Positions 27,085 to 40,700 of a stretch of 64,000 bases of DNA are shown piece by piece. Source of the stretch: Takakia lepidozioides. Its lineage: Eukaryota; Plantae; Bryophyta. The position numbers were made by a program, and so were the translations under genes. Below the pieces are notes generated by a model. It was given only the letters and a program-made list of their open reading frames with translations. It did no database searches and was not told where the DNA came from. The stretch's first letter is position 1. Each line of letters begins with the position of its first letter. The DNA lies in assembly GCA_030704615.1 (NCBI GenBank), contig CM060734.1, positions 5,084,001-5,148,000 on the forward strand, given 5' to 3'.

Positions 27085-27202
27085 TTTACTCAATGAAAAT
27101 GTCATCAAATGGCATCCTGCTCGTCATCCATCCATTGCTAAATGAATGTTGTTGCATCCTTCACCATCATCCATTCACCATCATCCATTTTTGTCATCTG
27201 GC

Positions 27203-27281
27203 CGACACTCCGACAAGTATCATTGTCTGAAAATAATTCGACACTCCGACAAGTATCATTGTCTGAAAATAATTCGACACC
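27203..27281. repeat. 36-bp two-copy tandem repeat
   Basis: CGACACTCCGACAAGTATCATTGTCTGAAAATAATT x2. Confidence 0.9.
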
Positions 27282-27627
27282 CGTCTTCACCCTACAGTGG
27301 AATGATGAGTACTTCTCCATTCTTCTTGTAGAGTCAACTTCCATATTTATTTGTCTTTTGAGGCATTCAATCCAAATCTGAGGTTGGTTTCAATGGAGTT
27401 TGGCATAAAAAGGCACTTGAAACAAAAAGATTTCGCTTGTGAAATCTGTCATATGTGCATAGCCTGAAGTTGTTAGGGTCCTCTGCTTAAAACCAATTTA
27501 GCTTCGCTTGTGAAACCTTTCCCGGATGGGTATTGAAGTGGTGTTGTAGCTTGCATGAGAATGACTCACGCCGTTCCCTGCGAAGGTTTTTTTGCCATAG
27601 CCTGCATGAGAGAGAGAAGACTAGTCA

Positions 27628-28933
27628 TGTCAAGACTAGAAAAGAAAGAATCTGATCAGATCAGATTAGTTCTTTAACAAAAAGACATCATCAGCCTTGT
27701 TAAAAGGCTCTATCATTAAATTCCAACACAACCAAGTAATGTAGAGATCACTTAGCATAGAAAATCAGACCTGGAATGACAGTTCAGACCTGATTTTTTA
27801 GCAAATGGTAGAGGAGAGTAGTCCTTACCATTATAGCAAAATCCAGACTCAAAGTGGGTGGGAGGGTGGGTATTTCTCACCTCACTTGGGAGTAAGTCTC
27901 GAGCTTAAAGAAGAGAACCATGGGCATCCTAAAGCCTTAGGCTCAGCCTATGCAGAAGTAGAACTAGTGCAGCAACTGGAGAAGGATCAAGAAGATGTTT
28001 CTTGAATCTTCGTAAGCATATACTAGATCTACCAAGAAGAAAACCACCACAAATCAGCCAATGAGGGGTGATTTTGGGAGGGAGGTCTTCTACACACTCT
28101 AATACCTTCAAAGAGCAGCCACCAACGAAGGATCCTAGGAAACAAAACAAAAAGGCAAAAGCTTAGACTTCATGTTGTCTCTTCCGCAACCCTGTAGAAG
28201 GAATAAGCCTAAAAGTATGGGCTGGAACCTCACCTGGTCCCATCACAAACACCCACACAACCAACAGGTTAGTGACTGTTGTGGAATACCAAGCTTTTTA
28301 AGCCCAACCCACTTGTTATCGATCTCCACTCTTAAGACAGTTCATCTACAGGTTTAGAAGAGAATGTAATAGCTGCCATTTAATGAGAGAAAGCAAGCTA
28401 GCATTGAGTTTCCCACACACATAAACAGTCCTAACCTTCACACTCTGCTCTTGAAAAGATGAAAGAAATTGCTATGGCAATGCATTTCACCACAAACTGA
28501 ACTGGAAAATAGAGGGGAACCTTGAAGTGTGCCATGATGTCACAAGAACAGCCTCCTTACTGTAGCACAGTCACCTCTGGAACTAGAGGAAGATGGCTGA
28601 GACTGAAGCAAACCTTCCGTTATATAGTAGAGGGGAGGAGTGGCATATCCCTCTTGTTTGATATGTAGGTGTCACTTAGGAAGGGCCAAGTGGGTAGGCA
28701 CATCTAATTGCAAGAGTGGGGCAGCCACTTTGCAATTATGATGAGATTAGCATCACGTAGTGGAGGAGCTGCCAATTCAATGGAAAGCCATAAAGAGGGT
28801 CTATGGTGTTTAAGGCTGACCTTTAAAATGCCACTTGTTTGGAAGTACCTCATTGCACAAATGGGGTAGTTAGGGCAATGAGGACATTACAAATGGTCAC
28901 CTGAATGCAAGGGTTTCATTCAGGTGGTCAACA
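27628..28933 (-). mobile_element. Possible solo-LTR remnant
   Basis: The minus strand starts TGTTGACC, has a CTATATAA box (~28620-28627) and can end TTGACA or TTAACA. No matching TSD found. Confidence 0.3.
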
Positions 28934-29116
28934 TATTTGCAATCCTTATTTTCAAAGAGGTTAAGCAGGTACATGATTCTTTTCTTAAAGGAAAGCAAAC
29001 AAGGACAGCTCACCAAGGATATACTTTGTGAATGTCCTTGAACACATCAAAGTGTAAAACAGAAAAGAGCTCTTCAAGGTTTGAAGAGCTCTCAACTGAA
29101 ACCCTAAACCAGCAAG

Positions 29117-29150
<34 letters not shown>

Positions 29151-30430
29151 TTATCACGTCCTCCGGAGGCCCAAAGGACACAAGTAGAACAACAAAGAAC
29201 CATAGATGCCCCATGGGAATAGGAGAGAGAGAGAGTTGTGAGGCAAGAGTGAAGATCAAAGGTCGCCTTCTGTCCGCCATAGGCCGCTCCACCCGCCTTT
29301 CCTTTCGAAGCACCGGGTGCCGCCTTTGTAAGGATCTGAATGTGTCAGTGAAGCACTGCTGAGTATCAAACAGGCTCTTAGGCACCACATTCTCTCCCAA
29401 AGAATTTCTTTCTTACCATTCTTGTGAGGAAAGAGGGAAACAACCAAATCAAATTTTATACATAATCGCAACTCAAGCCAAGGACTGCCAGGCAAGCGTG
29501 CAGTTAAACACATTAGTGCAGACATACTAGGGGAGAGTGGTTGAGCAAACAGCTTCCCAAAACAAAGGTGGGTGGAGAATAGGCAGAAGCCTGCTGAGGT
29601 CAAAAGATTGTGACGCTCATAGGCATTGGAAGGCCACACAACGATCTCTCTCTAATTGCTTGCCTTCTTTTGCTCTCCTCATGTGCTGTGCTTAGTTAGA
29701 GCCGTACGCTTTATGAATCTCTATTCCTTTCCTTTCCTTTCCGTGAGCTCTTCCAGCTTTGCATGGACATTGTACTTCTACTTTCATCATGCTTTGGGTT
29801 TTTGTCCCATGGGTGCATGTGCTGTGTGCCCCCTTGGATGTTAGAAATTTGTTTTACTTCCTATAGTTATTTTATGTTGAGCTCACTTAAGTTTCCACTG
29901 AGGTGTACGCAGCATATGTGCAGCTGAAGGATGCTGGCAAGGGTTGCAGAATGGTGGACTGGAAGTTTGAGTTGAATCCACTGGCTGGGTATACCCAGGA
30001 TAAGCTGGTGCCACTCTTACCCCTGGGGGAGGCCAGATTCAGCTGACTGGGTCGACACATGACCACATTCCACTTTGGAGTATCTCTCATCTTTAAAAGA
30101 CATTTTTAGAGTTATATTGCTTCTGTGCTGGCTTGCAACGAGAGCAGTCAATCAGCATTCACTGCGAATCCTTGCTAAAGTACATTCCTGTTCCATTCAT
30201 CCCTTGAGGAGTGTTCATATCCCTCATACTTTTTACTTGTTTGCTAACTTGACGAGACAAACCCCAAAGACCACCATTCGTTGTCGATGATGTAGGACCT
30301 TTCTGCTTTGTCTACACCAGAGATGTCTTAGGTTTTCAGTTCAGGGATGTATTCAGGCCTTTGGTCCTGTTTGGGACACTACTAAAAGCTATGATACACA
30401 ACTGCTTAGCATAACTATTCAATCCATCAA

Positions 30431-33400
30431 CTACCAGAAACCCTGAGACTCCAAGGAGTCCAAGTCCTGGTTTGGAGGTTTGAGCAAATTTGGGCGTGCC
30501 GCCATGATGACTGCCAGATACTCAGGATTTCGCTGCAAGAATTTACTGAATTCGTCCCAACTGATGCTCCCATCGTGGTCTAAATCCAGAGTGTCAAAAA
30601 GCTTCACCACCTGCAGGCCATTTTATGTAGCACAAAAAATAACGTTACTACTGCTGTAAATCAAAGAACCACCTAAAGTGTCTGTCCCGTATTCTGATAC
30701 AAACAATTTCCTGGGTCTTGGATTTGTGTATTACAAATGTGTTGGCCTGCCCCTGTTATAGGGAGAGAACAGGGAACTGAATATCAACCAAGATATAGGA
30801 AATGCCAAGGCTAACATTCCAAACTCACCCAAAAACATTTGCAATTGTTGCTGGGTTAGAGAAAGAAAGTAGAGAAAGCAAAAGAGAGTTGAGTCCAGAA
30901 AATTTAGAGAGCCTACTCATCAACGCACAGCCCATCGGATGGCTGGAAAAATACCTTCAAAGAGAAAGAAAGGAGAAATTTTTATAACTTAAAAGATTTA
31001 CAACCTCTTGCAAAGAGAGCTGTATTATGGATGTGCACCACAGCATAGAATCACAGGTGGGGGTTTTTGATTAATAGCACTCACTGCAGAGAGGGAAGGA
31101 ATGCACTTCATTACAAAAGAAATGAAATGAAATGAAATGGTGCATTATAACGTCCGTGGAAAGCTCATAGAGCTTATGGGACAAAATGGAAGAAAACATG
31201 AGAGGAAACGGCAAGAGAAGATGGCAAAACAGACATGAATGGGCTGCCTACCGTAGAATCTGGAAGATCAGGAAAGATGCCATGCAAGCTGCGCTCCACC
31301 TCTAGTCGGGAGAGATGACCATCGCCATTCACATCACATGCATTGAACACAGCTTCAATCGTCTGGGCAAACGAGTTGTGCTTTGACACAAATGCCAGCC
31401 CTGCTAAAAACTGACTACCATAAACCTTGGTTAGTTTGTTGAAGGCGGCATGCGCTGTTAGTACCAATTCAAGCTATCAGGTTATGGCTCTAGAAATTCG
31501 AATGACAAAGTGGGAAATCTACTGGACAGTATTTCCTTTTCAGGAATTTTGTAACTCATAGGTCATTCTAACTTGGAAAACCTTTGCCTTGGGAAGTACC
31601 AGTTATCACTCTTCTAAGATTCACGAGCTCTAACCATAGACAACCACACACAAGAGTTTTCAAGTCACTACTTGGCCAGCAACCAGCTATCAGCAGTTCA
31701 CCACCAACAATGACCTTTCATGACGCTTCTCTTGAATTTACTTTGTCTCACTCCTGTTGTAGTTCCATGTGCCTCAAGGAGCACCTGATCTGGGTTACAA
31801 TCCTCCAAAACAAGTATTCCTACAAGCACACACATGTATAAGGATGCTTCATAGTTAGATCATCCAGGCCACCAGTTGGCCTTCAGCAACACTTTTCACC
31901 TCGCAAGGGTGCGTGATGTTTGTTGACCTTAATATGCTTGCTCAATGGACCAATCAAAGCCACGTCAACACTCGACAGAGAGATAAGTTGTTGGCCTACT
32001 GCAGGAAAGAATAAGCAATCACGGACAAAAATTTGGACCTGGATCCCTAAGTATCCAGTCCAAGTTGAGAGTCAATTGGCAGTGGAGTAAAGGCCTGAAA
32101 ATACCTCTCGAAAGTTGATGTAGCCCTTCTCATTTTTGTCAAAGAGGTGGAAAACTTCCTTTGTGTATCGTGTAGAGGGTAGGTCAAGGGCCTTGAGAAA
32201 TTCCTCTCTTGTTACCACACCCCTGCAACCAACAACGACGTAAACACACAATCTCTCAGTTTTCTAGAGGTTTTGTAGTTGTTAGTTGGTTTGGAATTCC
32301 TGCTTAATAAGCTCTTTGGGCTCCCTAGTGGATGTTGCACAGTTCCCATCTTTTTATCTTCTATCCCTCTGACACTCTCACATCTCCTATTAAATTCCAG
32401 TCATGACTCTTGGATGGTTGATCAACCACAAAATCTGAGAAAGAAGACTTGGGACAAGAAGCCTAAACAAACTCATGGTTCAAAAAGAGCTAGTCTTCAA
32501 ATCCTTGCTTATACAGACTGGATCAAAGATTTAAACCTCACAAAATGGTCATGTGAAAAGAGAGGCAGGAGGGTGGGGAAGAGTTTTTAGAATTTAGACA
32601 CCTGTGAGTGAGGTCCATGGTGCTGAATTTGGCCAGATACTCTTGGGCCATCGCAAAGTCCAGGTGAAAAAGCCTCTCCATGCGCGCGAATTCAACCAAG
32701 GAGAGCCCTGCCGGCTGCTGCAATTTCCTCGCTGCAACTGCCAATCTTACATCTGTGAAGTTGTGCTCGGTGCATACAACACTCAAGGCGTCAGCCATGA
32801 TGTGTCGAACCCTCTCTGCAAACTCATGGGGATTTCTGTATTCCCTCAGTGTTGGAACAACCACCGGCAGATATTCCACCTGTCCAAACCCATTCACATG
32901 TTAGTTTGTCAACTGACGCCAGGTCTTTCTAGGAAAACGGATCCTTTGGAGGACACAAGTCCTAGTTTTCTCGTTTCAAAGAGGAGAGGTTAAAGGCACA
33001 AACATGTAGGGCTCCAATTCACATAGTTGCGTTGATTCTGCTTGCAGCAGCAAGCAGAGGACCTACCTCCATGAAGTTGACGAACTGAGTCATAAGATGG
33101 AAGACGATGCCCAAAGGACTTCCTTGGTCGGCCCATGCGGGGTTGACGTGCATGTGGGGATAGCGGATGACCATAGGCTGCACTGGTAGACCAGGAGCAA
33201 AAGCACCTGTCTTGAACGAAATCAATGCTTGGCCATTGGTGGTAGTTCCCTCAGGAAAGAGCATGATGTGAGGCCACTTGTTGTCAATAGCTCTTCGCCG
33301 TATGTTCCCTGCAGCATCATGCCTTGACGTTGGAGATGCTCTGTCAACTGGGATTATCTGGACATCAAATGCGGTTGAGATTCGACAATCCAGTAAATGC

Positions 33401-34205
33401 ACCTCCCAAAACACATTCGCGCGCATGCACGCACACTCTTGTATATACGTACATGTATATACATTTCTCATAAATTCAAAGGTGCAGTTTCAGTAGCTTC
33501 ACAAGGTATAAGGAGCGAGAGTTGTTGGGAATCTGCAGCAAAGAAATCCTCAGTCTTAGTACTTAGTTGGTTGTCTCTAGCAAGGAATAGACGGACTAAG
33601 GGAGCTTGAATAGAGAAAGAATGCAGAAGGGAAAGAGAACTTACCTGAAGAGCCGTAAGGAACATACCCACAATGGGCATTTCCACATTCTCCCTCGCAG
33701 CCACAATCACAGGCAAGTGACGGTAAAATACAAAAATGGGGTCCAAGAAGGAGGTATGATTCGATACTATTATGGGAGCCTCGGAGCGATGTGAGGGCCT
33801 CCCCTTCACAGATATCCTGACATAGCCGAACGTCAGTAGCACACCCCTCGCACCCAGCCTAAGAACCCATAACAAACCCCTTCGCCAAGGAGAGAATGGC
33901 TGAAACAATGGATCTTTGACTCCTAAGAGGGCCATCTTGACGAAAAGATACCCGAGTGTCATTAGGGTTGTAAGGCAGAGTACGCGGATAATGAAGACAG
34001 GCACCAACAAAATGGTCTTAATCAGCTGTAATGTACTGCGTATGCGCGGCTCATGGAAGGGGTTGATTGCTTCAGGCCCTATTGATGGCCGCCGCCCAAG
34101 CGGGAAGGTCGACTTTGGGTACTGCTGATGGTCTAGTTTTCTTGAGCTGCTCCTCCCTTTTCTCGGGCCTGGCCCTTCATCTGATGGTGTCATGTAATTG
34201 ACCAT
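30431..34205 (-). CDS. LPEAT2: Lysophospholipid acyltransferase with C-terminal EF-hands (LPEAT2/LPCAT family), 6 coding exons
   Basis: Exons 34205-33645, 33357-33067, 32879-32602, 32222-32105, 31410-31252 and 30610-30431 splice in frame with GT-AG. Motifs NHTSFLD and FPEGTTTNG. EF-hands DKNEKGYINFRE, DVNGDGHLSRLE and DLDHDGSISWDE. Confidence 0.92.
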
Positions 34206-36179
34206 CCCTTGCTCGAACTCGAGGATCCAGAAGCTCAACAAAAGCCCCTTGGAATTTTCCGCAACGAGTAGACTTCGAGCTTCGCTAGTTGCTTGATTGT
34301 GTATGAAGGTGTGCCACCAGATAACACTTTGGAGTAGAATGGCAGACGACTGTGTAGAAACAACAAAGATGGAGAATTGCGAAGTTCAAAGCTCCTCTAC
34401 TCGTTCATGATCTTGATATGGTTATGATACCCAAACATACAATCGCTCCTCAGATTGTTACAGAGATTCTTCCAGATTGGAACAAAGCTTACGGCACAAA
34501 AGCTCAAATTCGACTGTAGAAGGTGAGAAGAAGAGACAGCCGAGCCCATCTACAACAGGTCAGACATCCTCAGGTCTCTGGAGAAGCCGTCCCTTTGTCT
34601 CTCCTTCTCGCTCTCTCCAATCAAAGAGCCCACGGCCATGGCCACAGATTGTCGATCTACTCTTTCAGGAAGTCGGAGCTTTAGATCTCGCTTACAAATA
34701 ACTGTGGATAGTTAGGCAGCTGGTGGATGGTGAGACCCACAATTTGAATATTTGAACTGGTGCCACGTCCCTCCCATCTTGACCTGTTCCGGACACGTGG
34801 CAGGACGCACCGCCACCAAATCCTCCCATGGGGACGAGCCGCAATCATTCACAAAGGGCACAAGCCGCCTGACCAGTGGTTGTGGTTCAATCCACATGTT
34901 GGATGTAAACAAGTGTGGAGTGAAGAAGGCTTGGGGGCTTGAAGATGGGGCATGTGTGGGCTGACTTTCCCTGTGGACAGACAGGAGCAATTTGAAAGGG
35001 ACAAACGTTTTAATGAAATTCCACTTTCATGTTGCAGTTCATCAACCATCAATCAATTAGTGTGAAACACAAACAGTGCGGTATGCTTATAGAACCCAAA
35101 GAGTCCGAAGAATACACTGCAGCTTGTTGGGGACGCAATACAAGGCGGTGTGCCCATAACTACACCATATAGAAAGAGCACATATTGGAGCAAGACCCAG
35201 CAATACACAGCTGGAAAAGAAAAGACGCAGTCAAGAGACTGTCAGATCGTTATTCTGATCACGGTATGTAAAATAGAAGAAAAGAGGTGCAAATGGGGTG
35301 AAAGAACACTGTAGAATAGAAGAGAACAACCCAAAGCAAAGGGCCAAAAGCCATCTGTATTATCCAAAGCATTGGCAAGGTTAGCTTCTTTTAGATTGTA
35401 CACAATGACTGCAATTGTTGATTCTTTCTTATCCACCCTTACAGATTCTACAAATCTTGGGTCACTCTGGTATTAGTCCGCTGCCAAAGAGAACATGGAT
35501 CAACCATCCATTTGTGAGAAAATATTAGGATGTGCATGACAGTCTTGCTTGCAGAAAGTTTGGGTCTTTCATCCTATTGAAGAATAGCAGGTAATCTCGC
35601 GGTCTAGCAAAACCCTGGCAAAATGAACCACGGTACAGCACTCACATTAGCAGTTATGCTTCCAAAGTACTGACCTCAAAGCAGTCCTCTCTACTCTGTA
35701 CTTATCCATATCAGTACATGCCATGGTGACATGCTTATGAAGAAATCCATGAGCTCCCTGTGATCTTTCACTTAGCATACTGTCCTAAATTTATGATGGA
35801 CTCCAAAAGCTTTAATTTCATTTCAAGGAGGCACAATTCTGGATCACTTCTATGAAGACTATCATGTGGGTTCTTTGTGGGGAATAGCTCTTCCATAGGT
35901 GTGATGTTACAGGAGGGCACTATGCACATAAGGGACGTCCAGACTCTTCCCCACATCCCATAATCAAAACCCTGAATAGTTTGCAATGAACATACCGCTA
36001 ATTTGCAACAAGCTCATACCAAAATGTTAGGCTTGACATGGAATCCAAAGAACCCCCTTCCTTCTGGGTCTACACAACATACCTTGTACACAACATCTCA
36101 CAGTTGATTGTAGTAGGGATGTTGACACCTAAGGAGCTCACATTTACCCAATCCAGAGGACAGTAACACAGTAAACTTG

Positions 36180-37085
36180 TCAACTAAGGTCGTCCTCATC
36201 AAAATTATCGTCGCTTATTGCACCCTTCACGTCACCTTTCACGTACCCAACGGGTAGTTCCTTGGCCAGCCTTATAATCATGTGGTCAAGGTAAGGGATA
36301 ACACTGCTAGTGCTAACCACGTGCTTGATCTCATCGGGCCGATCTTCCTCATAAGCGGATAACAGCTCCTGTCCACAGCGGTATTGGTCGCTCTTGAAAA
36401 ACACATCTATCTGGGAGCAATCGTTCTGACACTGCTGGGCCTCTCTAATATTCCCCGCATAGAGATACACAATGATAGCACTCACATAGGCTTTGCACTG
36501 ACTCTGAACAGCTTTGCATGTGTCAGCAGCCTGGCCCCACCTCAGCAACACACTCGCTGCTTCTTGATACCTCTGGAGCTTGATGTACATGTTGGCAGCA
36601 GGACGGTAGATATCAAAGGCCATTTGCTCCCGCCCATCATCTTCCAGCATGCTACAGGCGCTCATATACATTTTCACAGCCTCGTCCGGTTTCGCCTCCT
36701 CCAGTGCCTTAGCTCCTCTCGTAAGAGCGTCGGCTCCCGGTTGGGCCTTCCCGCACTCAACATACAGCTCACTGGCTCGTTTGAAGAAATCCGCCACCTC
36801 TTCCCAGCTACCAATCTCCTTTGCCATCGCCCCAGCAGCCTCCAGGTGTTTCCCTGCCGTCCATTGTGACGACAGTCTTTCTTGTCCGATGGCGGCTCTC
36901 TCAAACCAACACTTTGCCGCTTCTGGCATTTTCCCCAACTTGAAGCTCAGCGCTGCTTGTTCATAGAGAGGCGTGGCAGCTGCCCAATCGGGAAACCATC
37001 TTGTGAAGCTCAACTTGGTCAGCTTATCCGCTTTCTTCACTAGTTTTTCCGCATCTTTCACTTTCTCCTTATTCATGGCCGCCAT
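36180..37085 (-). CDS. GSNAP: Gamma-soluble NSF attachment protein (gamma-SNAP), single coding exon
   Basis: Intact 301-aa ORF. KADKLTKLSFTRWFPDW..A..YEQAA N-terminus, helical repeats, SQCKAYVSAIIVYLY and acidic DEDDLS end are typical of plant gamma-SNAP. Confidence 0.95.
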   Translation of the reverse strand: MAAMNKEKVKDAEKLVKKADKLTKLSFTRWFPDWAAATPLYEQAALSFKLGKMPEAAKCWFERAAIGQERLSSQWTAGKHLEAAGAMAKEIGSWEEVADFFKRASELYVECGKAQPGADALTRGAKALEEAKPDEAVKMYMSACSMLEDDGREQMAFDIYRPAANMYIKLQRYQEAASVLLRWGQAADTCKAVQSQCKAYVSAIIVYLYAGNIREAQQCQNDCSQIDVFFKSDQYRCGQELLSAYEEDRPDEIKHVVSTSSVIPYLDHMIIRLAKELPVGYVKGDVKGAISDDNFDEDDLS

Positions 37086-37785
37086 TCAACCCCGCCGCCC
37101 CTCTCCTCTGCCAACACACAATCCGCAAACTTCCCACAGACGCACACGCAGGGATGCATCCCTCGCATATGAAACTTCACTTCTGGAAAGGAAAGAACGT
37201 GAACAAGTGGACCCTAACCCTAAGAACCGGGCGTCACCGGTCACAGGTCCCGAAATCATGCCCGATATGACCGGAACGTGGCTGAAATGACCGGGTGGGC
37301 CCGGTCCCGCATTCCCACGCGTCGCAACCAGCAGCGTTGCCACTTTTGGCTGGCCACGTTGCTCGCGTCGATTAGAGAGTGTGGAGGTGCAGACGGAGGG
37401 AATTCTTTGAGAGACACGGAGAGATTCGAGGAGTGGGTGTGGGGTGGGGGTAGACTAGGAAAGGGAGGGATACGGAAGTAGATTGCGTGATCTCCTTTGA
37501 TCACCAATTTGTATCTTTTTTCTCTTCGGAATTGTAGCTGTGATTCAGGGGAGTTCGGCTACGGGCTGTGACACTCGACCTGATTTGGCATTTGAACATG
37601 CGGTCTGGGGAGAGAGAGATTCAGTGCTTAAACCTAGATTCTGGTAGACTGTTTGTATATCTGGCTGTCATCTGTTTTGCTCTTCTTGGTTTCTCGGTCG
37701 GTATGTGCGATCTTCATTGTTTCTTCGTCACTTGTCTTTGTGCGTCTACATGTAGATTTACATCCTGAATTTTTTGATTGTCACT
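37086..37785. promoter_or_regulatory. Bidirectional promoter and 5' UTR region between gamma-SNAP and POD1
   Basis: Divergent ATGs 700 bp apart. CpG-rich. Telo-box-like ACCCTAACCCTAA (~37211), site-II TGGGCC (~37296) and repeated TGACCGG/CCGGTCA. Confidence 0.7.
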
Positions 37786-40700
37786 ATGCCGTCCAGAGGG
37801 TCACGACGAAGTATTTCGTTTGAGCTGCTGGCCAATGACAGCCCGGGCGATGGAGAAAGTGCGTTCAATGCGACGGAAAACAGTCAAACAGTGGAGGAGA
37901 AAGCTGACAGACCGCGGAGGAAGAGACGCAAGAGCAAGAGCCGGAAGGCGATGAGTGATACCCTCGGTGCGTTGAGTGATGCGATCCGTGGCGCAATTGG
38001 AGAGCTGAATGGAGATCCTGTAGCACCAGACATCTCTAGTCATTTTAGTGACTCGGCTCTGAATGAGTTGATGAGTACCCGTGAAGATGAAGCCTTGGGA
38101 GATGAAGGCATGGATTCCGTTCGTATTTTGTCGGATCCCCCAAAAGACTCACTTCGTGGGGATGGTTCTCCTTTGCCAGACGTAAAGAAACAGTCTCACA
38201 CTGCGGATGTAAAACAGAGTTTTTCTCTTAAGAGCCTTGCATCTGTCGACCCTCTGCTCCGGCCGGTTGACCAAATCGTCGAAGATGGTTTCAGAGGCTT
38301 TAAGGCTGCTTCGAGGGATACAACATCCCTTGAGCCTCAATCGAATGAAAAAGCCACAGAAAAGAATCCTGGAGGAGAGGATTTTCCAAGTACCAACGGC
38401 CTCCAATATTCTGCTATCTCTGATCCCAAATCATTCGGTTATTTTGCAAACAATTATGAGAAATCATCTCGGATGCCTCCACCCCGTGGCTCTGAAGCAA
38501 GACAGTCTGAAGCAATTACGCCACATGTCGCCTCAGTCAATGGAGGTACTAGAGAGCCTGTTTTTCCTCTCGGATCCCCACGCCCTCTAGCAGAGCTGAG
38601 GCAGCGGCCTTTGGAGAGAAGTGTGGAAAGTACAGTCCAGGAAAATGGCGTGGAAGCAGGCAAGGGAAGTTTGAGCAGAGCAGTTTCTTTGAAATGGCAA
38701 CAGCGTACTGCAGATCCAAGCTATTTAGGGCGTGTGGATGAGATTGCACATCCTGGGTATAGAACTCCATCGCCCGGCCGGCCTCCTTTGGCAACCTTCG
38801 CAACTCCACAGTTGACAGAATGGGACCGTTTGATGACTGCTAACTCTGAATGTAAGGTCATCACCTCCCCAGGATCACACGCATACAAACAGTGAAGGAA
38901 CAAAAAGGGGGAGGACTCCAAATCTGGTCAAATCTAGTGGGCTCTGCTTTGATCTGCACATGAGCAACATTAGGCCAATTTGGAGGGCATAGAGGGCTGT
39001 GGCCAGCTATCGTTCAATAGCTGTTGACCACGATGTATGTTTTGTGCCTAACCAGGAACTTAGGGTTTAAGGATTTATCATTCCAATATAGGATAGTAAT
39101 TATACTTGTGCATGAACAGATCCAGCAACAGTTGATTTATCTCCAATAAGGTATCTGCGGGGAGAAGTCGAACGGGGCAGCACCCTTGAGCATCACACAT
39201 CCGCCGGAATTGAGCAGAAGCGTGAGCGCGTGTACAATACCATGTTCCATGTGCCATGGCGGTGTGAGCTGGTGTGTAAGAAACCTGTGTTGCAATGGTG
39301 AAAATTCCCTGCCTTCAGTTTTCATTTCATATTAGGTTTATGGTTGATTTGTGTACAGGGTGCACAATGACATGAAAGTGTGAAATAGAATCTGCACCTC
39401 CCATTCTCCAACACTGTCCCGAAAAGTTAGAGCTAAAGAGAACCATATGGGTGTCTGGTGAATACAGGATGTAAGGAAAACAGTGTTTCCATTTTTGCAT
39501 CAATTTTGCATGGTAGATGATATTCATATTTGCTGTCGCTCTGTACAATAATAGGGTGACAATGAGCACAAACATGTGGGGATTGGATGCAGCTCATCGA
39601 TGTGGGGTTCTTTGTGTGCCTGGACTCCTTCCTTTCCCTCTTCACAGTCATGCCTGCCAGAATTGTGATGTTTACATGGCAGCGTCTTGTGCACTGGAGG
39701 TGAGTGATGTCTTCTGCAAGGTCAGAAAGCAGTGGTGGCAAACAAGTTCAGATCTGCCAATCTGAAAGTTAAAAATGTCTTCAGGACATGTACGGACAAA
39801 CGTTGCATTTTCTGTGGCCTCAGAAAGGTGTTGCTGGGGACTTCTAGCCAGTTACCGTCTTGTCCTTCTGAGGACTTGGCATTAAAATGTTGCTTGGTAG
39901 TTTACATAGCAATTCATGCAGAAGGTTTAGCATCTCTTTTGTCTATGTGAAAGCTGCCATAACATCAAATATCTGTGTGTATAGGCCTTACCAATGTGGT
40001 TGTGCTGATTTGTCTGATTTGTTTGGCACATGTGTGTCTAACCCTACAGTATTGATTACAGATGTGTCAGTAAGCACATCAGCTTTAAAAGTTAGGCTGA
40101 GAAACCTGACAATGTTGTGGGCAGGCAGTTTCAGAGACCATATGCTGCTGAGCTATCTGACTTTAGCTCCTTAATCGTACTTGTGATGGGTGTTGCGGTT
40201 CTTCAGCAAGCTGGTAAAACACTGTACCCTGCTGCATATTTTTATGAGCTGTGATGTAATTATCTTGAACATGTAGACAAGATGTCTGAATAACCTCACA
40301 TTGGTTACCAGCATCTCTCGTCAATTCCGAAGATAAGTACTGTTTGGAGCACATTCTTTGTCAGTAACGGCTTGACATTAGAAAGCCATTAGAGTCTGTC
40401 ATCTCTGTGGAGATTACCTTGACACCCTGGAGATGGGGTGGAAGGTGAATTTTTCTGGGTCCCATTTGATGAGGAAGATGTGCTTGTGGCAGCAGAGTCA
40501 GCTTCTTCAGTGGTTTTTGGAAACAAACAATTCATTTAGGCAGAGCTCAGGGGCATCATTCTCACTCAGAAATGTTGGGGTTGCAGACATCAGTTTCATT
40601 TATCACTATATCCGGGGCCAGGCTACCATTAAGCTCTATGTTGTCTTCAATGTCCTTGAGGTCTGTCTTCCTCCATAAGCTCTTTGGGCCTCCCATAGAC

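Noticed and set aside
29100-29650. CpG- and (GA)n-rich stretch as a small gene or miRNA precursor
   Set aside because: No credible ORF or long hairpin seen.
37211-37223. Interstitial telomere
   Set aside because: Only two CCCTAA units in a promoter, better read as a telo-box.
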